A stretch of 42,308 bases of DNA from Candidatus Babelota bacterium. GTDB lineage: Bacteria; Babelota; Babeliae; Babelales; UASB340. The DNA is taken from positions 1 to 42,308 of the forward strand of contig WJLJ01000017.1 of NCBI GenBank assembly GCA_014728525.1, in the 5' to 3' direction. This document shows, in pieces, positions 9,520-18,639 of the stretch. The notes below the pieces were generated by a model, which searched no databases, was not told where the DNA came from, and saw only the letters and a program-made list of their open reading frames with translations. A program made the position numbers and the translations under genes. The stretch's first letter is position 1; every line of letters begins with the position of its first letter.

Positions 9520-9900
9520 TTATAGTTGTTCTTTTAAGTTTAGAAGTTGTTTTTTTAATTTGTTTAGCTGAATAAAAAACTCTTTAGGTATTTCGATATC
9601 ATTTTTAGGTTCTTCGAATTTTTCACTTATAGCCGGTTTTAATTTTTTATTTTTTAAAGTTTGAAGTTCTTTTTTTGCTCCTGGTATTGTAAATTTTTTT
9701 TTATATAGTAATTCTTTTATAAGATTAAAGGTATTAAGATCATCTTGTGTATAAAATCTTTGTCCTCCTCCTGATCTATCCGATTTTAATTCAAATTCTT
9801 TTTCCCAGAATCTAATTACAAACTTTTTGATTTTTAATTTTTCAGATAATTCTCCTATTCGGAATTTTTTTTGTTTCATATTTGTTTTTTGGTTTTGCAC
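9520..9900 (-). CDS. MerR family transcriptional regulator
   Basis: N-terminal HTH FRIGELSEKLKIKKFVIRFWEKEF...GGGQRFYTQDDL, typical of MerR. C-terminal coiled-coil-like tail. GTG start at 9900 with AGGAGA 5 nt upstream. Confidence 0.85.
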   Translation of the reverse strand: MQNQKTNMKQKKFRIGELSEKLKIKKFVIRFWEKEFELKSDRSGGGQRFYTQDDLNTFNLIKELLYKKKFTIPGAKKELQTLKNKKLKPAISEKFEEPKNDIEIPKEFFIQLNKLKKQLLNLKEQL

Positions 9901-10429
9901 TACAATCTCCTTTTTTTATAAAAGTCATTAATATTTGATTTTGTTTTACCAAATCTGATTGTGAAATTTGAATAGTTTTTATAAAACAATTATCCGATGC
10001 TTTTATTTCGTTTTCCATTTTCATGGATTCTATGCTAATTAATGTTTGATTTTTTTTTATAAATTCATTTTCTTTAACATGGATTTTGATCACTCTTCCG
10101 GCTAAAGGGCTTTTTAGTTCTGTTTTAAAAATATCAGTATTTATCAATTCTGTGTGATTTGTTTTTTGTATTTTTTTTAATGAAAAAAGAAAGCTTTTAT
10201 TAAAATTAAAAATAAATATTTCTATATAATTTTCAGTTTTGTTTAATATTTTTGCTTTATATAAAGCACTATTTATTTCTATAAAAAAAATTTTTTTATC
10301 TTTTTTTATAATTTTAGTTTTAAATGTTTTATTGATTTTTTCTATTACGTATTTATTTTCAATTTTGTTTATTTTGTATTCTTGATTTTTATCCCAGAGA
10401 TTTATTATTGCCATTGTTGAATTCTCCAT
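9842..10429 (-). CDS. Biotin carboxyl carrier (biotinyl/lipoyl) domain protein with an atypical beta-rich N-terminal region
   Basis: C-terminal ~70 aa: LKSPLAGRVIKIHVKENEFIKKNQTLISIESMKMENEIKA, carrying the (A/S)MKM biotinylation motif. An alternative start ATG at 10414 has GGAG 9 nt upstream. Confidence 0.8.
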   Translation of the reverse strand: MENSTMAIINLWDKNQEYKINKIENKYVIEKINKTFKTKIIKKDKKIFFIEINSALYKAKILNKTENYIEIFIFNFNKSFLFSLKKIQKTNHTELINTDIFKTELKSPLAGRVIKIHVKENEFIKKNQTLISIESMKMENEIKASDNCFIKTIQISQSDLVKQNQILMTFIKKGDCSAKPKNKYETKKIPNRRII

Positions 10430-11883
10430 TTATTTGTTTTGCAAGAATTTTGGTTATTTTCTTTTTGATCTAGTAGGATAGTAGAAATTATTAAAGCTAT
10501 TTCTTTTTCATCTTCAGTATTTTGTTTTTTGGCTGTTTTATAGATCTTAATTTCATTTTTTTCTATTGATTGAGTATTTATTTTTCCGGATAAAAATTTT
10601 TTTGAATTTAATATTTTTTTTAAAAACTCTATATTTGTTTTAATACCTTCTATCTTTAGTTTATTTAAAAATAAAAGCATATTTTTAATTGTTTTATCTC
10701 TATTTTTTCCCCAGGTTGTTATTTTTGCAAGCATAGGATCAAAAAAAACAGGTATTTCCATCTTTTCGTTTAAATTATGATCAACTCTACAGAATGGAAC
10801 ATTCGGTATTATTAAATTTTTAATACGGCCTGTACTAGGTATAAAATTATTTTCAGGATTTTCAGAATATATCCTGCATTCTATAGAATGATTATTTTGT
10901 TTTATGTCTTTTTGTTTTATCTCTAACTTTTGATTTTGGGCAATTTCAATTTGTAGCTCTACTAAATCTATACCTGTAGTTTGTTCTGTAACACTATGTT
11001 CAACCTGTAGTCTTGTATTCATTTCTAAAAAATAAAATTCGTTAGGTGTTACTATAAATTCTACAGTACCAATATTATTATAATTTATTGCTTTAGCTGA
11101 GTTTATTGCGGAATTATAGATTTTATTTAATATTTTTTTTTCGATAAAGTTACAAGGGGCTTCTTCTATTATTTTTTGGTGTCTTCTTTGAACAGAGCAT
11201 TCGCGTTCGTATAAATGAATAAAATTTTTTCCATCACCGGCTATTTGCACTTCTATATGTTTTGCTTTTTCTATGTATTTTTCTATTAATATTTGTTTTG
11301 TTTTTGTAAGACGAGAAGTTTCTGATTTTACGATATTAAAAGCAGGGATTAGTTCTTCTGAGTTATAAACTTTTTTTATTCCTTTACCTCCTCCGCCGAG
11401 AGGGTCTTTTAATATTAATGGGAAACCTATTTTTTCAGATATTTTTTTTATAACTTTTTCATTTTCATCACACGATATAAGTTTTCCTGGAATAATAGGA
11501 ATATTATTTTTTTGCATTATTTTTCGAGCATTAATTTTATCTCCCATTTTTTTTATTATTTTTGGAGATGGTCCAATCCATTTTATGCCGGAATTAATAA
11601 CTTTTTGTGCAAAATTATAATTTTCGGATAAAAATCCATAACCGGGATGAATAGCATCGACTTTAAATTTTTTAGCAATATCAATTATTTCATCTTGTTC
11701 TAAATAAGCAAGAGAACCTTCTTTTTCTAGTTTATAATTTTGGTCTGCTTGAAAAACAAAGGGGAGCTGTGAATCTTGTTTGCTATAAATAGCAACAGTT
11801 TTTATATTTAAGCTTTTACAAGTAAATATTATTCTACTTGCTATTTCAGAACGATTGGCAATTAATATTTTTTTTATGTTCAT
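10405..11883 (-). CDS. accC: Biotin carboxylase (ATP-grasp) subunit of a biotin-dependent carboxylase
   Basis: IANRSEIA, HPGYGFLSEN, glycine-rich loop GGGGKG, ERECSVQRRHQKIIEEAP and EMNTRLQVEH. 492 aa, about 45 aa longer than a typical AccC. Confidence 0.93.
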   Translation of the reverse strand: MNIKKILIANRSEIASRIIFTCKSLNIKTVAIYSKQDSQLPFVFQADQNYKLEKEGSLAYLEQDEIIDIAKKFKVDAIHPGYGFLSENYNFAQKVINSGIKWIGPSPKIIKKMGDKINARKIMQKNNIPIIPGKLISCDENEKVIKKISEKIGFPLILKDPLGGGGKGIKKVYNSEELIPAFNIVKSETSRLTKTKQILIEKYIEKAKHIEVQIAGDGKNFIHLYERECSVQRRHQKIIEEAPCNFIEKKILNKIYNSAINSAKAINYNNIGTVEFIVTPNEFYFLEMNTRLQVEHSVTEQTTGIDLVELQIEIAQNQKLEIKQKDIKQNNHSIECRIYSENPENNFIPSTGRIKNLIIPNVPFCRVDHNLNEKMEIPVFFDPMLAKITTWGKNRDKTIKNMLLFLNKLKIEGIKTNIEFLKKILNSKKFLSGKINTQSIEKNEIKIYKTAKKQNTEDEKEIALIISTILLDQKENNQNSCKTNKWRIQQWQ

Positions 11884-11960
11884 ACTTTTATTACTTGTTC
11901 ATTGTTTTATTTAATTAAAAGCTAATTATAATCAATATTGTATTTTTTCCAAAATGCAGA

Positions 11961-12000
11961 CAAAAAAAAAGGCAGCTGATATCAGCTGCCTTTTTTTTTA
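11961..12000. terminator. Bidirectional rho-independent terminator (perfect 20-bp palindrome)
   Basis: A9 - GGCAGCTGATATCAGCTGCC - T9. Lies downstream of the minus-strand hypothetical gene and upstream of the BC operon. Confidence 0.85.
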
Positions 12001-12012
12001 CTTAATAAATTA

Positions 12013-12468
12013 TTATTTGCTCATTATCGTTGTTAAGGTAGAGTCATTATATATAGTTATTCTTACGGTGGCTCCATTTTTTGGAATAATACCTATATTG
12101 TATGTTTTATTGTAATCTTTTTTTGCTGGTACATTATATCTTACTTTTATTGCCTCTATAACTGCATCATTATATTTTTTGTTTATTTTTACTCTTATTG
12201 GGTTGTGTGGATTATTTTGTATCTCTTTGTTATGGTAGCGCCTATCTTTTTTTATTATTCCTGTATGTATTCTATTATATTTACCAATTAAAAAATCTCT
12301 TACAACAAATAGTTTTGTCCTGCTACCCATTTTAAATTTTACAAATTTAACAGGGTAACTGGAGTTATTAATAATTTCTATTTCAGGTGTTTTTGCTTCT
12401 TTTGCAAAACCCAATGAAAATAATGTAAATGTTGATAAAAATAATAATTTAAAAATTTTTTTATTCAT
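12013..12468 (-). CDS. Hypothetical secreted protein (signal peptide, no recognisable domain)
   Basis: 151-aa ORF. N-terminal signal peptide MNKKIFKLLFLSTFTLFSLGFA|KEAK. Followed by its own strong terminator. I recognise no family motif. Confidence 0.6.
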   Translation of the reverse strand: MNKKIFKLLFLSTFTLFSLGFAKEAKTPEIEIINNSSYPVKFVKFKMGSRTKLFVVRDFLIGKYNRIHTGIIKKDRRYHNKEIQNNPHNPIRVKINKKYNDAVIEAIKVRYNVPAKKDYNKTYNIGIIPKNGATVRITIYNDSTLTTIMSK

Positions 12469-12717
12469 GATTTCACCCTTTCCCCCTTTATTTTTAAGAA
12501 ATTTAACTATTTTTAGTATAATATTTAATATTTCTAATAGTCAACAATATGTAGGGTTCAGTAGTTTTAATTATAAAAAAACTATATTTTTTTTATAAAA
12601 AAGGGTTTCAGAATTATTTTTTTGGGCATAGCTTCTATCCTAAAATTCTTTTCTTTGTTAAAATGGCAATTCTTATAGGAATATAAAAATCGTAAAGTTT
12701 TTAAGGGTGAATTTAAT

Positions 12718-14271
12718 ATGGATAAGAAATTATTGTTAGCGATTGTTTTATCAGTGGGGACTTTGTTTATTTATAATTATATAACCAAAGATAAACAAAA
12801 ACCAAGAGAAGGCGTTCCTCAGAATATTAAGTCCGGTCAGGCTTACAGGGCTCCTTCTACTAAAGAATTGAATAGGCCAATTAATACGGAAATAGATTTT
12901 ATAGATAAGAAGGTAAAAGTAAATGAGCAAGTAAAAACTTTTAATACCGATTATTGTGAAATCTCTTTTTCTAATTATGGCGGTGTAATTTCTAGTGTAG
13001 AATTTAAAAAGCATCTAGGTGAAAATTCTTATCCATTAAAAACCATCTTGCCCAAAACTTTTTATGAAAGAGAACAAGCTGCTTTTTTATTGGCTTTAGA
13101 AGAAGAAACTCCATTTTTTTATGATTTCATAAATTCTAAAAATTTCGATGATCATACTGATGTTACATATAGGGCAGAAGCTAAAAATTGGATCATAAAT
13201 AAGACTTATACAATTTATAAAGATTCTTATAAAATTGATTTGAAATTAAAATTTAATAAAAAATCTGATGCTTTAGCTATACGCCCAAGATTGTTTTTTC
13301 CGGCACCTTTTATAGGAGAAATAGAAAATGAGCTTCAGAGCGGAGTTGTTATAAATCTAGATGGAAAAAGCGTTAAAGCTGTAAGCGCAAGAGATTTGGA
13401 TTTAACCTGGGCAGATCCTTCTATTTTTGGAGGTCAAGACAAATATTTTGTTCATACATTAATTTCTGATAATGCAAATTTTGTTCAAAGAGGTTTTTTC
13501 AGAAAAGTTGAAGATAGATTATTTCCTATTTTAGAAGGTCCCGAATTAAATGAAGAAAGCTCTTTTAAACTTTCTTTTTATGTCGGACCTAAATTGTTAG
13601 AAGATTTAGTTGCTATAGATCCAAGATTGGAAGGATTGTTAGACTTCGGCTGGCTTTCATGGTTATGTAAAATTTTATTAAAATTATTAAAATACATTTA
13701 TTCTTTAGTTGGTAATTATGGTCTTGCAATAATTATAATGACAATTTTACTTAAGATACCTTTTATGCCTATGACTATAAAAGGTAATAAGAAGATGAAA
13801 GAGTATCAAAAGCATATGCCTGCTTTAACAAGAATAAGAACAAAATATAAAAATGATCCGCAGAAATTAAATGCAGAAATTATAAGGTTTCATAAAGAAA
13901 GAGGTTTGTCACCAACTGCTCAATTATCCGGATGTTTGCCTTATCTTATTCAAATGCCTATTTTGTTTGCTTTATATAGGGTTTTAGGAAATTATTTAGG
14001 CTTATATCAAGCACCGTTTTTTGGTTGGATAACGGATTTATCTTCAAAAGATCCATATTATATTTTACCCATTTTAATGGGAGTAACTATGATTATTCAA
14101 CAAAAAATGTCTCCGGTAAATGATAGTAAAACTAAAGCAATGATGATGTTTATGCCGTTAGTTATGATGGCTATATTTATTAATTTTCCTGCAGGAGTTG
14201 TTCTTTATTGGTTAATGAATAATGTTCTTTTAATCGGTGAAAGTTATATAGGTAAAAAGTTTTTAAAGTAA
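12718..14271 (+). CDS. yidC: Membrane protein insertase YidC (with large periplasmic P1 domain)
   Basis: N-terminal TM helix, a ~300-aa periplasmic domain, then the conserved core (GLAIIIMTILLKIPFMPMT, KYKNDPQKLNAEIIRFHKERGLSP, PAGVVLYWLMNNVLLIGESY). Confidence 0.93.
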   Translation: MDKKLLLAIVLSVGTLFIYNYITKDKQKPREGVPQNIKSGQAYRAPSTKELNRPINTEIDFIDKKVKVNEQVKTFNTDYCEISFSNYGGVISSVEFKKHLGENSYPLKTILPKTFYEREQAAFLLALEEETPFFYDFINSKNFDDHTDVTYRAEAKNWIINKTYTIYKDSYKIDLKLKFNKKSDALAIRPRLFFPAPFIGEIENELQSGVVINLDGKSVKAVSARDLDLTWADPSIFGGQDKYFVHTLISDNANFVQRGFFRKVEDRLFPILEGPELNEESSFKLSFYVGPKLLEDLVAIDPRLEGLLDFGWLSWLCKILLKLLKYIYSLVGNYGLAIIIMTILLKIPFMPMTIKGNKKMKEYQKHMPALTRIRTKYKNDPQKLNAEIIRFHKERGLSPTAQLSGCLPYLIQMPILFALYRVLGNYLGLYQAPFFGWITDLSSKDPYYILPILMGVTMIIQQKMSPVNDSKTKAMMMFMPLVMMAIFINFPAGVVLYWLMNNVLLIGESYIGKKFLK

Positions 14272-14283
14272 GGTTAATTAAAT

Positions 14284-14904
14284 ATGTTTAGGGGTTTGCC
14301 TTCTTTGCAAAAATTAGTTCGTCAGTTGCAAAAAGTGCCTTATTTAGCAAGTAAGAATGTTTATAGGGTTGCCTTACATTTTTTAAACACAAAACAAGAC
14401 GATTTAGAACTTTTATGTTCGACTATTTTACAAGTAAAAAAAGATGTAAAGATTTGTTCTATTTGTTTTAATTTAACTCAAGATAGTGATATTTGTTCTA
14501 TTTGTAGCTCTAAAAATAGAGATAATTTTCAAATTTGTGTTTTAGAAACTTGGCATGATCTGTTTGCTATAGAAAGAGCGGGGGGTTATCAAGGTGTATA
14601 TCATATATTGGGAGGCTCTTTGTGCCCATTGGAGGGTATAGGTCCGGAAGAATTAAACATAAAATCTTTAATAAATAGAGTTAATGAAAAAACTCAAGAA
14701 ATTATATTTGCTACTAATTCAACTCCAGAAGGTGAGGCTACTGCCAGTTTTATTTCATCGAAGCTTGAGGATTTAAGATCAAAATCTGAAAAATTGAATT
14801 TTAAAATTTCTCGTTTAGCTAGTGGTGTTCCTATTGGCTCTTCCTTAGAATATATGGATAGAGTTACTATTTATAAGGCTTTGTCTGGTAGAAGACCTTT
14901 TTAA
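14284..14904 (+). CDS. recR: Recombination protein RecR
   Basis: LQKVPYLASKNVYRVALHF (HhH). Cys4 zinc finger CSICFNLTQDSDICSICSS. Toprim ICVLETWHDLFAIERAGGYQGVYHILGG. Confidence 0.93.
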   Translation: MFRGLPSLQKLVRQLQKVPYLASKNVYRVALHFLNTKQDDLELLCSTILQVKKDVKICSICFNLTQDSDICSICSSKNRDNFQICVLETWHDLFAIERAGGYQGVYHILGGSLCPLEGIGPEELNIKSLINRVNEKTQEIIFATNSTPEGEATASFISSKLEDLRSKSEKLNFKISRLASGVPIGSSLEYMDRVTIYKALSGRRPF

Positions 14905-14912
14905 TTTGTATT

Positions 14913-17282
14913 ATGCATAAATTTTTTAGACATAAATTTTATAAGGTTTTTATATTTCTATTTTTATTTCATACTTTTTTGTTTTCTGCTCTCAAAGATG
15001 TGGTGAGTTCGGTAAAAGTTATAAAAGTAAATAGTGTAAAACAAGAGGTGAAAAATTTTAACGTTATAAATTTAAAAGGTGATGTTGAAGTTTTAATTGA
15101 TGATAAAATTCATATTTGGGCAGATGAAATAAAAATTAATAAAAATAAAAAAATCTTGGTAGCCAAAAAAGTTAGTAAAGGTGCTGTTGTTGTTGAATCG
15201 GAAGATCTTGTAGTTTTAGCTGATAGTTTTTTTTTAAATCTAGAGAATAAAACGGCAAGTGCAAAAAATATTCGGGTTCATGTTCAAGAAGGCTATATTT
15301 CTGCAAATGTAGCTAAAAAGGTAGATGTAGATAATTGGTTAATGGAGGATATAACCTTTACTCCATGTGATGCTCATGTGCCTCATTGGTCTATTGTTGC
15401 CAGAAGAGCAGTTCTTTATAGAAATTATCTTGTGAGAATAACCGGTCTTCTTTTTAAAGCAGGCCCGGTTCCTTTTTTTGCTTTGCCTTATATGGTTCTT
15501 CCTTTACAAAAAAGATCAAAATCAGGATTTTTGTTACCACGGTTTTCTTATGATAATGACTTAGGTATTGGTTTGAGACAAGAATTTTACTGGTCTATTG
15601 CTTCTCGTTGTGATAGTACAATAGGTTTTGATTGGAGAGAAAAAAAAGGATTGGCTTTTATTGATGAATTTAGATGGGCTAGATCTGAAGAGTCTTTTAC
15701 TTTGCTTAATTTAAGATATGCTCTTGAAAAAAATGCTTTCATAAAAAAAAGAGATAGAATTGAGCAAGATACTGATAGAAGGTATTGGATAGATGGAAAG
15801 GATTTTAGAAAATTAAAACTTAGATCAGGTAAGAAAGTTAATTCTTTATTGAGATTTGATTTTGGAACGGATAAAAAAATTGGGTATCAATTTTTTGATA
15901 ATTTTTTAAGAGTTGATGATACTTTCTATAATTCTGCGATTTTACGTCATACTAACATATATAACGATTTAAATTTTTATTTTGATAGTAATCAAACAAT
16001 AAAAAGTAAGTTTTTAGATTTAAGTGATTCTGAAAATAGAGATATTTTAAGACTTCTTTCTGATGAGGATAAAAAAGATATAAATTCATCACAAAAAGAA
16101 ATAGAAGATAAATTTACTGTTTTTGTTTTGCCTCATTTTGAATGGAATTCCATTTATAATAAATTTGTAAAGCATTTTTTATTTAGACATCAATTTTTTT
16201 TAGATCATGTTTTTTCAAGAGAAAAGAGGCAAGATAAATTCTATGTAAATTCTAAAGTTGTAAAAGAGGGAGATTTATTTTATTTAGCTAAAGTAGATAC
16301 TTTTCGCTTGTATTATAATCTTGATTTACAAACCGATATAAAAATAAAAAATCAAAATTTTTTGTTTTATTTAGAACCGAATTTTCAAATAAGATCAAAT
16401 ATTAAAAATAAAAATATTAGGGCAAAAACAAATGTTCTTGAGGGAACATTCTGGGATAGCGGGGTTTATAGGCTTTTCTTGCAGGGAGGAGCTCAATGGG
16501 TTATGCCGGAATTATTTTTTGAGGAGAATGATTATTATAATTATTATCTTCAACCAACAATTACTTGGGAATTTTTACCAAAATTTAAACAAGATCATTG
16601 GTATTATTCTGATAAGTGGGATAGGTTTTATCCAACTAACAAAGTATTATTTAGTTTACGAAACAATTGGTGTATAGATAACATTTTTATTGATTTAAAT
16701 CTTTTTCAAGGGGTTGATTTTTATAATAAATCTGATCGTTTTTTATTAGAAAGATGTCCGTCTCAAAAACATTTATTTCCTTTAGATGTTGAATTGGGAA
16801 TAGATTGTGATATCGTAGATCTTTTTTTTAAACAAGAATATGAGTGGAAAAATTTACAATTGTTATCTACACAATTAGATCTTTCTTTTTCTTTAAAAGA
16901 CTTTAAATTTTATATTTCAACAATATATCAAAATAAAAATCTTCAAATAGAAAGGGGTTTGTTTTCAGATATTCCTAATTTTTTAAATTTATCCTTTACT
17001 GTCCCTTTAGTAAAAAATGCTAAACTTTCTTATGAGGGACAATTTTATTCTCATAAAAAATCAGCTTTGTTTCCTTTTGAAAAATTAAGACCGTTGCAAC
17101 ATGCTATAAAATTAAATTATGAAGGGCATTGTTGGGGTATATCTTTGGGTTACGAAGAAAAAAGATATAAAGAATATGGGAATTGGAAAAGTGATAAGGC
17201 ATATACTTTATTTGTAAAATTAGAATCATTAGGATCATTTGCTCGAAAATTCAAAAAACCGGAAATTACAAATAGGTTTTAG
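14913..17282 (+). CDS. lptD: LPS-assembly outer-membrane protein LptD
   Basis: Signal peptide and OstA-like N-terminal domain. FTPCDAHVPHWSIVARRAVL...FKAGPVPFFALPYMVLPLQKRSKSGFLLPRFSY aligns closely with the E. coli LptD region YTSC...WSVVGSEI...[33 protein letters not shown]. Large aromatic-rich beta-barrel. Confidence 0.9.
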   Translation: MHKFFRHKFYKVFIFLFLFHTFLFSALKDVVSSVKVIKVNSVKQEVKNFNVINLKGDVEVLIDDKIHIWADEIKINKNKKILVAKKVSKGAVVVESEDLVVLADSFFLNLENKTASAKNIRVHVQEGYISANVAKKVDVDNWLMEDITFTPCDAHVPHWSIVARRAVLYRNYLVRITGLLFKAGPVPFFALPYMVLPLQKRSKSGFLLPRFSYDNDLGIGLRQEFYWSIASRCDSTIGFDWREKKGLAFIDEFRWARSEESFTLLNLRYALEKNAFIKKRDRIEQDTDRRYWIDGKDFRKLKLRSGKKVNSLLRFDFGTDKKIGYQFFDNFLRVDDTFYNSAILRHTNIYNDLNFYFDSNQTIKSKFLDLSDSENRDILRLLSDEDKKDINSSQKEIEDKFTVFVLPHFEWNSIYNKFVKHFLFRHQFFLDHVFSREKRQDKFYVNSKVVKEGDLFYLAKVDTFRLYYNLDLQTDIKIKNQNFLFYLEPNFQIRSNIKNKNIRAKTNVLEGTFWDSGVYRLFLQGGAQWVMPELFFEENDYYNYYLQPTITWEFLPKFKQDHWYYSDKWDRFYPTNKVLFSLRNNWCIDNIFIDLNLFQGVDFYNKSDRFLLERCPSQKHLFPLDVELGIDCDIVDLFFKQEYEWKNLQLLSTQLDLSFSLKDFKFYISTIYQNKNLQIERGLFSDIPNFLNLSFTVPLVKNAKLSYEGQFYSHKKSALFPFEKLRPLQHAIKLNYEGHCWGISLGYEEKRYKEYGNWKSDKAYTLFVKLESLGSFARKFKKPEITNRF

Positions 17283-17292
17283 GAGAGATTTT

Positions 17293-18609
17293 ATGGCTTT
17301 TATTCCAAAATTAGATTATTCAATTTTTAAGAAACGTAGAGAGATGGTTATTGATTTTTTAAGAAAAGATAATCCGGATCTTAATTTGGGTATGGTTGTT
17401 TTGTTTTCAGATTTTGAAAATGATAAATATGTTTTCAGACAAGAATCATCTTTTTATTACCTTACAGGTATAACAGAGCCCGGTGCAGTGTTATTGATGT
17501 TTTTAGATGGAACTCAAGTTCTTTATTTACCTAATTATGGGGGAATACGAGAGCGCTGGACAAATACTAGAGTAAAAATTGATGAGAATATTGATTTATT
17601 AAAAAAAGAGCTTTATTTAGATGATATAAAATATTTAGGTAATCCAATTTCTAGTTATTCATTCAGTTCTGTTTTTACTCAAAACAAATATTTAAATTTT
17701 TTAAATGATTTTAAATCTTTTTTAGATTTACAAGAAAAAAAAGAAGTTTTTACGCTTTTAGATCTAGAATTAAATTCTAGATATTTTTCTCAAATTCAAA
17801 CTTATAAAGTTCTTTTGGATTTATTTCCGATTTTAGCAGATATAACAAGAGATTTGGCTCCTTTGACTCATTATTTAAGAAGATTTAAATCAGAATATGA
17901 AATTGATTTAATTTATAAGGCGGTTCAAATAACGAATATTGCCCATGAATCTGCTGCACAAGTTATAAATCCGGGCCGATTTGAAAACGAAGTGCAAGCT
18001 ATAATTGAGTCTGTTTTTACACAATTAGGATCAAGTAGGCCGGCTTTTCCTAGCATTATAGCTACAGGAAAAAATACTACAATTTTGCATTATACCGATA
18101 GAGATAAAGAATTAAATATTGGAGATTTGGTTGTTGTTGATATTGGCGCAGAATATGGGTATTATTCTGCCGATTTAACAAGAACTTATCCAGTTTCCGG
18201 TAAATTTACAAAAGAACAATTAGAGATATATGATATTGTATTAAAAACACAAAAATATATTGAATCTGTTGCAAAGCCCGGATTATTTATAAATAATAAT
18301 AAGGTTCCTGAAAAATCTTTAAATCATTTAGCTAAAAAGCATTTAGACGATTTAGGTTATGGAAAATATTTTGCTCATGGAATAGGGCATTTTTTAGGAT
18401 TGGATGTGCATGATGTTGGAGATAATAATTATCCGTTGGCTCCCGGTGATGTATTTACAATAGAACCGGGAATTTATATTCCTGAAAGCAATTTAGGAAT
18501 TCGTATAGAAGATAATTATTTAATGACAAATGAAGGAATTGTTTGCTTAAGTTTTGAATTGCCAAAAAAGCCGGAGCAAATAGAAAAATTGATGGTTAAT
18601 GAATTTTAA
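17293..18609 (+). CDS. pepP: Xaa-Pro aminopeptidase (M24B family)
   Basis: AMP_N-type N-terminal domain. Metal ligands in VVVDIGAEYGYYSADLTRTYP, HGIGHFLGLDVHD, EPGIYIP and GIRIEDN. Start set at the ATG at 17293, preceded by AGGAG; the ORF-track TTG at 17239 overlaps lptD. Confidence 0.9.
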   Translation: MAFIPKLDYSIFKKRREMVIDFLRKDNPDLNLGMVVLFSDFENDKYVFRQESSFYYLTGITEPGAVLLMFLDGTQVLYLPNYGGIRERWTNTRVKIDENIDLLKKELYLDDIKYLGNPISSYSFSSVFTQNKYLNFLNDFKSFLDLQEKKEVFTLLDLELNSRYFSQIQTYKVLLDLFPILADITRDLAPLTHYLRRFKSEYEIDLIYKAVQITNIAHESAAQVINPGRFENEVQAIIESVFTQLGSSRPAFPSIIATGKNTTILHYTDRDKELNIGDLVVVDIGAEYGYYSADLTRTYPVSGKFTKEQLEIYDIVLKTQKYIESVAKPGLFINNNKVPEKSLNHLAKKHLDDLGYGKYFAHGIGHFLGLDVHDVGDNNYPLAPGDVFTIEPGIYIPESNLGIRIEDNYLMTNEGIVCLSFELPKKPEQIEKLMVNEF

Positions 18610-18639
18610 ATTTAATTTTGGGGTTTTTTGGAGAAGATT

